Shown here: piece by piece, positions 54,891 to 64,000 of the stretch
Position numbering within the stretch: the first letter of the stretch is position 1
Layout of the letters: every line of letters starts with the position of its first letter
NCBI GenBank assembly: GCA_002269645.1
Contig: NIVC01000275.1
Location: 186,001 to 250,000, forward strand
DNA from: Macrostomum lignano
Taxonomy: Eukaryota
Length of the DNA: 64,000 nt
Direction: 5' to 3'
The notes under the pieces: generated by a model
The model's database searches: none
Seen by the model: only the letters and a program-made list of their open reading frames with translations
What the model was told of the DNA's origin: nothing
Program-made: the position numbers and the translations under genes

Positions 54891-55099
54891 CTAAGACAGA
54901 CAGACAGACAGACAGACAGACACTAAGATAGACAGACAGACAGACAGCTCACGCTAGTTAGTGAGGCCCGGTTCGCCAGTGCCGAGCTGTCCCCAGCCAC
55001 GCCAATATCCACAGCATCCTCCTCCTTGCTAAAGGACACCAAGGACACCCGATTGGCCGACTCAAGCGAGCCGTACTTCACAGTTCGCGATGAAGACAT
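41171..55099 (-). CDS. ABCG2-like: ABCG-family half transporter (ABCG2/BCRP-like), about 808 aa: join(55099-54953,49042-48612,48036-47760,46811-46448,45613-45488,44204-43987,43246-42917,42373-42021,41351-41171)
   Basis: Walker A GPTGCGKT, signature VSGGERKR, Walker B VLFLDE, H-loop SIHQP, NBD before TMD, RNPQSS, C-terminal [26 protein letters not shown]. The join is 2427 nt, a multiple of 3. Exon 1 and the exon 6 acceptor are less certain. Family-level call only; orthology is not established. Confidence 0.93.
41361..41995. repeat. 25-bp minisatellite (GACCGGAAGTGACTGATTCTAGAAT)n in ABCG intron 8
   Basis: Direct inspection; about 25 units. Confidence 0.95.
42021..42373 (-). CDS. ABCG2-like: ABCG exon 8 (TM3-TM5)
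   Basis: Acceptor ACCCAG|GTG; [10 protein letters not shown]...[20 protein letters not shown]; donor TG|GTAAGG. Confidence 0.95.
42405..42898. repeat. 24-bp minisatellite (AGAGTAGGGTCAGAAGTAGGCAGC)n in ABCG intron 7
   Basis: Direct inspection. Confidence 0.95.
42917..43246 (-). CDS. ABCG2-like: ABCG exon 7 (TM1-TM2)
   Basis: Acceptor CGCCAG|CTG; [11 protein letters not shown]...[10 protein letters not shown]...[14 protein letters not shown]; donor CCG|GTGAGG. Confidence 0.95.
43325..43940. repeat. 28-bp minisatellite (GAGGATCTGGGAGGCTGGCCCAGCAGCT)n in ABCG intron 6
   Basis: Direct inspection. Confidence 0.95.
43987..44204 (-). CDS. ABCG2-like: ABCG exon 6 (linker)
   Basis: Phase-compatible acceptor CCGCAG|TC (another CAG 11 nt upstream is out of phase); ends YPTGFGNQ; donor CAG|GTGAAC. 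Confidence 0.75.
44400..44795. repeat. 37-bp minisatellite (GCCGCCTAGCGAGACCCATAAAAATCATTTGATGTAG)n in ABCG intron 5
   Basis: Period 37 (44461 to 44498). Confidence 0.93.
45488..45613 (-). CDS. ABCG2-like: ABCG exon 5
   Basis: Acceptor ACCCAG|GC; [17 protein letters not shown]; donor G|GTGAGG. Confidence 0.88.
45775..46345. repeat. About 20-22-bp A/C-rich minisatellite (CACACAAAATCAGAATAAACA)n in ABCG intron 4
   Basis: Direct inspection. Confidence 0.9.
46448..46811 (-). CDS. ABCG2-like: ABCG exon 4 (signature, Walker B, H-loop)
   Basis: Acceptor GCCAG|GTG; [32 protein letters not shown]; donor G|GTGAGT. Confidence 0.95.
47030..47690. repeat. 17-bp minisatellite (TCTCTGATTTCCTAGAA)n in ABCG intron 3
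   Basis: Direct inspection; homogeneous core with degenerate flanks. Confidence 0.9.
47760..48036 (-). CDS. ABCG2-like: ABCG exon 3 (Walker A, Q-loop)
   Basis: Acceptor CCGCAG|C; [21 protein letters not shown]...GYVVQDD; donor AAA|GTGAGG. Confidence 0.95.
48085..48585. repeat. 40-42-bp minisatellite (CTCCACTACTCGCTGATTGGTTCCCC...CCCAACCCAA)n in ABCG intron 2
   Basis: TGATTGG recurs at 48181, 48223, 48265, 48307, 48347 and onward. Confidence 0.93.
48612..49042 (-). CDS. ABCG2-like: ABCG exon 2 (N-terminal extension, start of NBD)
   Basis: Acceptor GTACAG|GTG; [11 protein letters not shown]...KVVLTDV; donor AG|GTGAGT, phase 2. Confidence 0.85.
49301..54453. mobile_element. Putative non-autonomous DNA transposon bounded by about 23-bp imperfect terminal inverted repeats, with central tandem repeats
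   Basis: Left ACTGTCTGTGTGTTTAGCGGGAC (49301-49323) versus reverse complement of the right end ACTGTCTGTGTGTTTACGTGGAC (54453-54431). The GTGGACC motif is direct through the body and inverted near the right end. No transposase ORF and no clear TSD. Confidence 0.5.
50370..52720. repeat. Hierarchical tandem repeat: 60-70-bp GTGGACC units within about 238-bp units, with a higher-order duplication of about 1327 bp
   Basis: The private variant CAGGAGTCTCCGAGAGACTTTCG occurs at 50731 and 52058; the block starting CCAGCTACTGAGAGCC occurs at 50931 and 52258. Confidence 0.9.
54455..54947. repeat. (CAGA)n microsatellite with CACTAA interruptions, abutting the putative ABCG exon 1 donor
   Basis: Direct inspection. 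Confidence 0.95.
54953..55099 (-). CDS. ABCG2-like: ABCG putative first coding exon
   Basis: [23 protein letters not shown]...RASLTS; donor AGC|GTGAGC, phase 0, matches the Met-less exon at 49042. Confidence 0.6.
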
Positions 55100-58000
55100 G
55101 AACGCGCGCGCTGTCCGACAGTGGATCAAAGTCGGACGGGGTCAGGCTTTAAACAATATGCTTAAACCAGGCTGTTCTCCACTAGTTTCCAATTGCACAG
55201 AAGTGAAAAACCAGGCACAGGCACAGGCAGACCATTCTGCTCTAACCAGATTTAAATACGAATTGGCCACCTAAGCTCTCTTAAAGCGCGCAATAAAGAA
55301 ATTCAGAATTTCCAAGGTCATGATTCAGCACGCAGAGTGCGCGAGGGTGGGGACTCGGGTGGCTCCACACGTGAGCCGGAGGAGAGCTGCGCAGTGATAA
55401 GCCGAACCAGTCGAGTCCAACGGACACTTTCTGTGCACAGGGAGGGGAGGCATCGGAGGTCAAAGGCGCTGAGTGCCCTGCACTTTAAAGTGAAAGGCAG
55501 GCCGGAGCAGATATCAGAAAAAGATAGCGCATCATTTTATCAGGCAGCAGAGGTTTGCCAAGTCCAATATTAGTGTGCAAATTGTAGCGTAGGTTTCAGT
55601 GATACTACTGCTAGTGGTGATGCTGGGAAGTCATTAAATCGAGATTAAAAACTCACGTTAGAGACTGCAGCAGCTGTGGGAGACTGACACTCGCCAGAGT
55701 CGCCAGGACCGGCCGATGTCAGACTGCGATAGCCGACTGAGCTGCGGCCGCTGGGGGGCGTTGCGTCCCTGGTAACGGTTGGGATGGCGATAGGGATACT
55801 ATGCAAATAGCTGCCAGGTCTTGGATCGGGATCTGGGATTGGTATCTGGGATTGGGATCTGGGATAGGGATCAGGGATCGTGATTGGTATAGGAGAGTCA
55901 ATTAAAGTCAAACAGGGCCAAGCTATTTAGAGTCAAGTAAGATTGTACTATACTACTATTATGGAATCACTACAAGTATTTGCTAGAAAGTGAAAATTGT
56001 CAAAAAGACACTTACATTTTAAAAGTCACTTCAAAAACAGAAATTTTTGTGCTATAAAAATTGACCTTCAAACATGGTACATGAATAAAAAAGGTCATGG
56101 TTTAGACTTTTAATATTGATTGTTTAAATGGCCACTTGATATAAGTAGTATAGTATATTGTTCATTATTTTACTGGAAAATAAACTAGAATAGTAATATA
56201 TAAGTTACAAAGACATAAAAATTCAAGACAAATGACAGAGTATGATAATCTTAACATTTTAAAATAAAAGAATAAAATTTTGTATCCTATATTATTTATA
56301 ACTTTTATTTTAATTAAGCTGAAAGCTATTATATAACCTTTATTATATGTAGAAAAGGCTATTTGTTAAATTAAATCTAAGTTGAGTTTATTATAAAAGG
56401 GATATCAATACTTTAGTACCTTAAAATTAGAATAATAATTTTTGTTATGTCACATGACATAAAAGCATAATAATAAAGTTTTAATTATCTCTCTAAAAAT
56501 TATATTATCTTTTATGCATAGAATATATAAGATAAAACTGGTTACCTGACTCACATTTGATTAAAATTAATTTAAGTTATTGAATACTTATTATTAAATA
56601 ACTTGTTTCTTTGTACTTCAAAATATCTTTTGAATATCAATAATCTGTCAAAATGAAATTTGCTCATAATAATTGTTATGAATAATCAGTATTAGAGCAG
56701 TAGCAGTAGTCAGTAGTGATATGATGACAATACAGAATACTAATGCTTCAATTGCTAGGTAATGTCATACTCCATATACTTCCAAAAACCTTGTTTATTT
56801 TTAATACAGAGTTAGCCATAGGCCTACCCTAACCTATTCAATATTTCACTGTGATTAATATAGTATTTTTATTGTTTATACATATTAAAATGATATATTA
56901 TTAAAGTTGAAAAAAGGTATAGATATAGGTTTTTTAAACAACAACAAAACAGATAAATAAAATTTGCATTGCAGACATTTGTATATAGTTTTAACTTAAA
57001 TATTTATTAAAACAAGGAATATATGCATCGCATCCACATCCCAGTCTAGCATTCAATAATAATGCAGCAGCAGCAAATGATGATGATGATGGTGGTGGGA
57101 GCGGCGTGATTTGATTTGATTAGGTGGAAAATTTTAATTGGGAATAAATTTGAATTTACTATTAATACAAATTTCGATGGACCTTGATACAACAAATATG
57201 AAATACAAATAGTTAATTTGAGAGTAAATTAAAAATTAGAATTTATTATATCAGACTTTAACATTCATAAATGTTTAAACGATAGATGCAAAGATCAATT
57301 AACTTTATAACTTTTTAATTCGATTCATGTTCTTTTTTATATGGCGCAACGTTTGCAATCCTAAATTATAAATTTTAAATATTGAAATAGAAAAAAAACT
57401 GCCTTCACTCCTTTCTTAACTAGGCGATTTTCGATGGGGCTTTGAAACGTTCAAGCAAACGCTAAAGGACAAAGAGAAAAATTTGTCTCCTGGGTGAAAA
57501 TGGAGGTCTGAGTCAACTGCACTGCACGGAACTTAGTAGTTATATATCGTAGTAAACAGCATTAGAAATATTTTGGCAGACCGGAGGCAGTACCGAAATT
57601 CCGGGTACCGAAAAGCATAGGCACCGAAAAGTACATGAAAACCCTACATTAACAAACCGCAATAAATTGCAACATAATTTTCGTAAGCAACGAAAGCTGC
57701 CCTATATGATTCATACATATACATACACTGCACCCGGAGATTCGGCATAATCTTTGGGTGCGAGTGGAAAAGAAATAATAACAAATAGTCTACCTATAAA
57801 AAAGTATAATTTAAGCAGATTTTATTAAGCTTGTTGAAGTTGCAGTATTCTTTTAACTTAGTCTTTTAACATTACACTCGTCTCGGTACAGCAGCGTCTA
57901 TGAATCGAATGTTCAATAATTGCTTTATTGTATAGAGATTGTTAACGTGTTTACATGCGCATATCTATGGTAGTGTATCATTCAATATAATTCATACATA

Positions 58001-59404
58001 GCTACAGTATAAAAATAGGTCGTGTTTAATCGACATGTTATTTGATACTTTCTCTCTTTGCTGGATCGGAAAGCAAGCGTCTCAAAACAACCGCAGGTCG
58101 CGTGATTCCCTGTTTAGAAGTACACGGCCACACGAAAATATCTTAATTTTACAATTTATATCTACACCGTTAACTGCTGACATCAACAGTAATAAGCCAT
58201 TTCTCTCGATAGGGCCATTCACTTAGCACCCGGCAACCCAGCTTACATTCGATGTTGCAACATCGAAATCTGCGCTGCTAGCACGCGGTTCTGATACCGC
58301 CTGTGTTGTATTATTGCCTGCAAGACTGTATAGGAATGTAGCTGTATTGCCGAATGCATAGGTATATTGACCGCTTTGTACTTACTAGGCTGCTACTAAC
58401 TGCCCTTCTCGTCGAAAGTACTTCATAGTTTATGGGCCCAATTCATTCTAAACCGGCGGATCTCCTGTTGCTGCAAGCGGATGGATAAGGGGGTGGGGGG
58501 TGGGGGGGAGGGGTTCCTGCATAGAAGCTGACGGCTGGACGCGTCTTCAGCTGATTATAACAGCAGATTAGAATCCATCGCGGAATCCTATTTGGGTAGG
58601 TCGTTGGATTTTACAGCATCAACATTGCAAATTAACTGTTCTCGCATGCATTCGCTGCATTCGAAGGCTGACCTTTTCTTTGAATAACCTGGAATTTGCT
58701 ATGAAGTGACTGCTTACGGATAAATAAAATGATAAAGAGCCATGCTGACAATTCGGCCATGGACATCAGCACAAAAATGGATGCCAGCAGCAGCCTCGTC
58801 TCATAGAAATCATGCTTTAATGTCAACTTCCATGACAATTATCAACTAACTTGGTTGGCTCAACAAGCAACTTGGCTGACAAAAGCAACACTACCGTGTA
58901 ATGGATGGTCTTAGCATCTTATTTTTAGTATATAGGATTTAATAAAGCAGTTCAAGCTTCTGTTGAAGGCTCAATTATCTATGGTGAAGGAAAGGCTTTA
59001 CAGAAACGCTTTTTATGCTGAGGTGAACAGGTAATTATCAACTAATTCACCAAAGCACGGCTTAGGACGGTACTGTCAAGTGACTCAAGCGAAATATGGT
59101 TATTGTGAAGAAAAACTTTTACGTGCTTTTCTACTAGAATACGAACTAACGCACCCCGAAAAGTTTCTAGATCTTTTGGAAGATTTCTAACATGCGATTG
59201 TTTAGTCACGCACTCATTTTCTTGTTGCGGGGCCACGGTGCATGGCTCACCTGCCAGAGGAAAGTGCAGCACAGAACTCTTGCAACGGCTGGGACTGGGA
59301 ACTTGGTTTGAGAAGCATAAAAACACCCAAGACCTCAGTGACTGTTTGATTGGCAGCCTATTAGCAGACAATTGTCCAGAGTGTAAAAGTGCAGCAGCAA
59401 TAGC

Positions 59405-60124
59405 TTTGACTTGACTTAGCTGCAGGGGGCGTCCGGCGGATGCAGCGAGGAGGCGGAGGAGACCGCCCATTCCGCTAGCCCCTGGCGACCAATGACTTCC
59501 ATCGAAGCGATGTCGCTCAGGGGGACCCGTCGGTCTCACCTGCAGCGCGGTCCTCTTCACCAACGGTGGAGAAGAACTCAGCTCGTCCCGTGTCCCTGAG
59601 GTACCGGGCGAGCAGCGGGATGCTCTCGGGCCTGCAAACGTCGGAGAGAACCGGGTTTGGCCCGAGGTGAGTGAGCCTGGCCCTGGTGAAAACCGGGCAG
59701 TGGCAGATAAAATGCTCGGCGTTTTCACTGCCTGAGCGGCAGAAGGGGCACCGCTCCTCGGGTACTTGGCCCTGAAGGAAACGATGGCGAGAGAAGCAGC
59801 CATGCCCGGAGAGGGCCATGCTAACTGCTCTGAGGTCTCAGCGGTTGAGCCTGAGGAGGGCTCTACGCAGGAGAGGAGAGGGGTAGGGGACGGACGCACG
59901 GGATTGCCTGCAATTCCGGGTGTCGTGCCACCTGCGGAGATGCTCGGAGTCAGTCCAGCGCTTAACGCGGGAGTTGATCACCGAGGCGGAGACGGGGGCC
60001 CCCGGGCCCGGCCCCAGCAGCGCGCCGGCGGAGCCAGCCTTGGCCAGCAGGTCGGCGCGCTCGTTGCCGAGGAAGCCGGCGTGGCCCGGGATCCATCTAA
60101 GCTCTACCTGGTTGCCTAGCGCAA
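59405..60124 (-). mobile_element. 5'-truncated non-LTR retrotransposon, same family as 22486-23760, with one premature stop
   Basis: WIPGHAGFLGNERADLLAK...LNR*DLRAVSMALSGHGCFSRH...CPFC...HFICHC. In-frame TGA at 59840-59838, likely CGA>TGA. Same tail CCTGCAGCTAAGTCAAGTCAA. 11-bp TSD GCAGCAATAGC (59394-59404) / GCAGCAGTAGC (60125-60135). Confidence 0.9.
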
Positions 60125-60987
60125 GCAGCAGTAGCAGTAGCAGTAGTCGTAGCAGTAGCAGTAGCAGTAGCAGTAGCAGTAGCAGTAGCAGTAGTCGTAG
60201 CAGTAGCAGTAGCAGTAGCAGTAGCAGTAGCAACAACAGTATCGGTAGCAGTAGCAGTAGCAGTAGCAGTAGCAGTAGTCGTAGCAGTAGCAGTAGCAGT
60301 AGCAGTAGCAGTAGTCGTAGCAGTAGCAGTATCAGTAGCAACAACAGTACCGGTAGCAGTAGCAGTAGCAGTAGCAGTAGCAGTAGCAACAACAGTACCG
60401 GTAGCAGTAGCAGTAGCAGTAGCAGTAGCAGTAGCAACAACAGTACCGGTAGCAGTAGCAGTAGCAGTAGCAGTAGCAGTAGCAACAACAGTACCGGTAG
60501 CAGTAGCAGTAGCAGTAGCAGTAGCAACAACAGTACCGGTAGCAGTAGCAGTAGCAGTAGCAGTAGCAACAACAGTACCGGTAGCAGTAGCAGTAGCAGT
60601 AGCAGTAGCAACAACAGTACCGGTAGCAGTATCAGTAGCAACAACAGTACCGGTAGCAGTAGCAGTAGCAACAACAGTACCGGTAGCAGTAGCAGTAGCA
60701 GTAGCAGTAGCAACAACAGTACCGGTAGCAGTAGCAGTAGCAGTAGCAGTAGCAACAACAGTACCGGTAGCAGTAGCAGTAGCAGTAGCAGTAGCAACAA
60801 CAGTACCGGTAGCAGTAGCAGTAGCAGTAGCAGTAGCAACAACAGTACCGGTAGCAGTAGCAGTAGCAGTAGCAGTAGCAACAACAGTACCGGTAGCAGT
60901 AGCAGTAGCAGTAGCAGTAGCAACAACAGTACCGGTAGCAGTAGCAGTAGCAGTAGCAGTAGCAACAACAGTACCGGTGGCAGTAGC
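60125..60987. repeat. (AGTAGC)n array with periodic AACAACAGTACCGGT interruptions
   Basis: Direct inspection; starts exactly at the 5' junction of the retrotransposon at 60124. Confidence 0.96.
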
Positions 60988-61199
60988 AAAAACTTTAAAG
61001 TAAAGAACCACCACTAAGCCAACGAAAGAGTTTGTGAAAAAAGCAGACACGTCGCGCCTGTCAACGTCTTTGACAAACTTCTATTGATCTTGCGCCTCTG
61101 TGGAGGAAGCAGCGACGTCCAAATCCATTCGCACAACGTCGACGAACGCTCAGGAGACGATCCCGAGAGCCGAGCCACCCATCGCGCAACGTTGAGCCG

Positions 61200-62100
61200 A
61201 ACCAAGAGCTCCTGGTGCAGTTCAACTGCAATGCGACTAAAAGCCGCCAGACAGAGCTGGCCCACAAGCTCGCAAGCTCGCGGTTCTTCTACAGGAAACG
61301 AAACTAAAAAGCAATGAAGAATATAATCCACTCAGAGGGTGTATGCTTGCAGTTGGGATAGACGGCGTACCGTACGCTCGTACGCTGGCCATGCTGACGC
61401 CGAAGGCCGGACCCAGCACCGCTGCCGCCTAAGATTTCCCGGTCACCGTAAAAACTGGTGCTGTGGGTACCGCAGCGGCTGCACGGCCTTCCGTGTCCGT
61501 CGGACCAGGCGGAACTGCAAGCCGGACCTGAAGTCGGACCAGGACCGGGGTCCAGCTGCCCAGCATCACCATATCTCAAAAATCAAGACTAGAACGACCG
61601 GGCGTGGTGTAGCTAAGGTGCTTACCAGGGAGGCCGTCCAGTATGACAGATTGCTAATTGACGTCGCCGCGTGCTGTATCTGCCCACTGAGACAGCAGCA
61701 CTGTTTCACGGATACCATCGCCGAACAGAACACCAAGGATGTACCGCTTACTTACCGCTTACTCCAGCGCACATCCCCGGCACCTTCGCAACTTCGATCT
61801 CTGGGGCTGCAGCATCGAGACAGACTGGGTGTCCTGGTCAACCAGCTCTCGGATTCCGGCTCGGTCTGTCCGACTCCGCCTCGTGCCCGGACTCCAGGGA
61901 CCCGGACACCGAGCAGCACATCCTGTACGACTGCTCGAGAGGCCACGCTGTCCGTCCAGTCGACCACGACGAGCTTCGGACGGACTCGACGGCCGGCCAA
62001 CATACATGTGGCACTCTTTCGTAGGCTGGGGCGTCTCCAACACCCATCGCTCTCGCAGCCCTGCGGACATCGGGGCATGCGGTGCAGAGAGAGCAGCGCC
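61200..62100 (+). pseudogene. Decayed, internally deleted non-LTR retrotransposon (APE endonuclease N-terminus joined to C-terminal zinc-knuckle region)
   Basis: Frameshifted APE motifs LVQFNCNA (about 61214), VLLQETKL (about 61283-61306) and TTGRGVAKVL, then RLGLSDSASCPDSRDPDTEQHILYDC (knuckle at 61884-61934). No RT motifs in between. Confidence 0.65.
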
Positions 62101-63355
62101 GCAGAGCTGCCAATGAACCCATTAGATTAGTATCGCAAAGCTGAGGCTCTCGCCCAGCCTAATGGATGGAGAGGCACACGATTTGGTGCCTCGGGGCTGC
62201 CAAACTGCTTGGCTTTGGAGGGCCGGGCTCTCAGGCAGTTAATTATGAAATTAGGTTACCGTCATTCTGGTACGAGGGATGCCCGAATATTCGGGAGTTG
62301 AAAAGTACAATGCCGATAGGCTTCAAAACAGACCAGCGCTGCTCGGAGATGCCGGCGCGTGATGAAGGATCAGGTGAGCTCAGTTCCGGTTTCCTGGCCT
62401 CATCACATCGTTGCCTTGAGCAGGGGCTTCACATTTGGCGGGATTTCTGTCTTTAAGATTCTGATTCACTGAGTTTCCTTTGAGACGGAGGATCACAATA
62501 AGGACCGCCCGAGGCGCCTCCCTTTGGAAATTGGACGCCTTAGTGACTAGCTGATAGTGGCTGATTGAAAAAGCACTGAGGCACTCATTATTTGGCACGG
62601 AGGGCCCTCTGGGATGAGTGCCGAGCCGAAACTGAAGCAATTCTTTGCTATTAAACTGGCAGATGAAGCATTAAATATCGTTAAATATTTATCAAGATGC
62701 GTTGAAAGCACTCAGAATTCCAAATACGCTAGCATGCGAGTCCACTTCAAGCGAAACACATGCTTGCTTCATTTTAAATTCAGAAGTCCAGAAGGAAATA
62801 TTCGATAATGAAAACAATTTATTGACTAAACTCTGCAAAATTAATAACTTCGCCTAATGCCGTATTACCATAGTAATAATAATTGCAGGGGTTATGGACA
62901 CACGATTCTGTCCATTCCTCTGACTCCTGAACAGATGCAAGGGCGCCAATACTGTAGGCAGTCCGATCTCGTAAAAAATCAGCTACTACCGTCTGTCAAA
63001 GAGACTGTCGCTGGCTTTGATATTTTTTTTCCTTTGAATCTCGATTTCTTTCTTATAAAAACTGCATCATAAGTCCCGCTTAGCTTAAGGTGCCGTGCGC
63101 TGAAGGGCTGTCGCATCTCATTTGCGGCGCAGCTAGTTAAAGACTAGTTGGTCTGAAACAGCAGAAGACAGAATCAACCGAGGAGGGAGCACGGCAAGGC
63201 TGAACGAGTGCTGGCGCTCGCAAATGCACTTCATTACGCCAAGGACCACTGCGATGTAGAAGCTCTTCCTCTTGAGTAAGTGAAGCACCCCTTAAATTGG
63301 AAAGTGGCAAGTCGCAGATTCTCGCGAAGACACTTCAGAACTCGACACTGGAAAG

Positions 63356-63964
63356 TCTATTCTGTATTCTGTATTCTGTATTCTGTATTCTGTATTCTGT
63401 ATTCTGTATTCTGTATTCTGTATTCTGCATTCTGTATTCTGTATTCTGTATTCTGTATCCTGTATTCTGAATACTGCATTCTGTATTCTGTATTCTGCAT
63501 TCTGCATTCTGTATTCTGTATTCTGCATTCTGTATTCTGCATTCTGTATTCTGTATTCTGTATTCTGCATTCTGTATTCTGTATTCTGTATTCTGTATTC
63601 TGTATTCTGTATTCTGTATTCTGTATTCTGTATTCTGCATTCTGCATTCTGTATTCTGTATTCTGTATTCTGCATTCTGCATTCTGCATTCTGCATTCTG
63701 TATTCTGTATTCTGTATTCTGTATTCTGCATTCTGTATTCTGCATTCTGTATTCTGTATTCTGTATTCTGTATTCTGCATTCTGCATTCTGTATTCTGCA
63801 TTCTGTATTATGTATTCTGTATTCTGCATTCTGCATTCTGCATTCTGCATTCTGCATTCTGTATTCTGTATTCTGCATTCTGCATTCTGTATTCTGCATT
63901 CTGTATTCTGTATTCTGTATTCTGCATTCTGCATTCTGCATTCTGCATTCTGCATTCTGCATTC
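63356..63964. repeat. 7-bp microsatellite (TCTGTAT/TCTGCAT)n
   Basis: Direct inspection. Confidence 0.97.
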
Positions 63965-64000
63965 TCATCGCATAATTTATTCCAGCCGAGGAACAGCAGC

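Noticed and set aside
54947-55274. Plus-strand ORF containing [21 protein letters not shown] as a separate gene
   Set aside because: It is better explained as the antisense shadow of the putative ABCG exon 1, which has an ATG and a phase-matched donor. No other plus-strand exons were found.
59838-61050. Poly-Leu, poly-Ser and (AT)n ORFs of 300-380 aa
   Set aside because: They are translations of (AGTAGC)n. Only the last approximately 95 codons of the minus-strand ORF are real and belong to the retrotransposon.
63280-63975. (YSVFCIL)n and (QNTEYRI)n ORFs
   Set aside because: They come from a 7-bp microsatellite.

Overview
Eukaryotic (animal) genomic DNA with GT-AG introns. The GC-rich exons and introns packed with private minisatellites suggest a free-living flatworm such as Macrostomum; this is an inference from sequence style, not a database match. 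Three spliced genes were reconstructed by hand with phase-consistent splice sites. (1) A minus-strand protocadherin with 7 cadherin repeats, a TM helix and a cytoplasmic tail (ATG 19929, last exon near 1.5-1.9 kb). (2) A plus-strand 425-aa protein with two cyclic-nucleotide-binding domains (32364-37223). (3) A minus-strand ABCG2-like half transporter of about 808 aa (55099-41171). Mobile DNA includes a tRNA-derived CORE-like SINE, two 5'-truncated RNase H-bearing non-LTR retrotransposons of one family, a decayed internally deleted non-LTR element, and a 5.2-kb TIR-bounded element filled with GTGGACC motifs and hierarchical tandem repeats. About 35 distinct tandem arrays account for most of the long ORFs in the ORF track. 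The best leads are: an in-frame TAA splitting the protocadherin last exon ahead of a 108-codon tail ending SYV; intron arrays built from amplified splice signals, including tandem AG|GTGAGA sites; a 3'UTR RNA fold and a GCTA target shared by the two retrotransposons; the TIR/GTGGACC element in ABCG intron 1; and intronic homotypic TF-motif arrays. All coordinates and counts were made by hand, and repeat boundaries are approximate.
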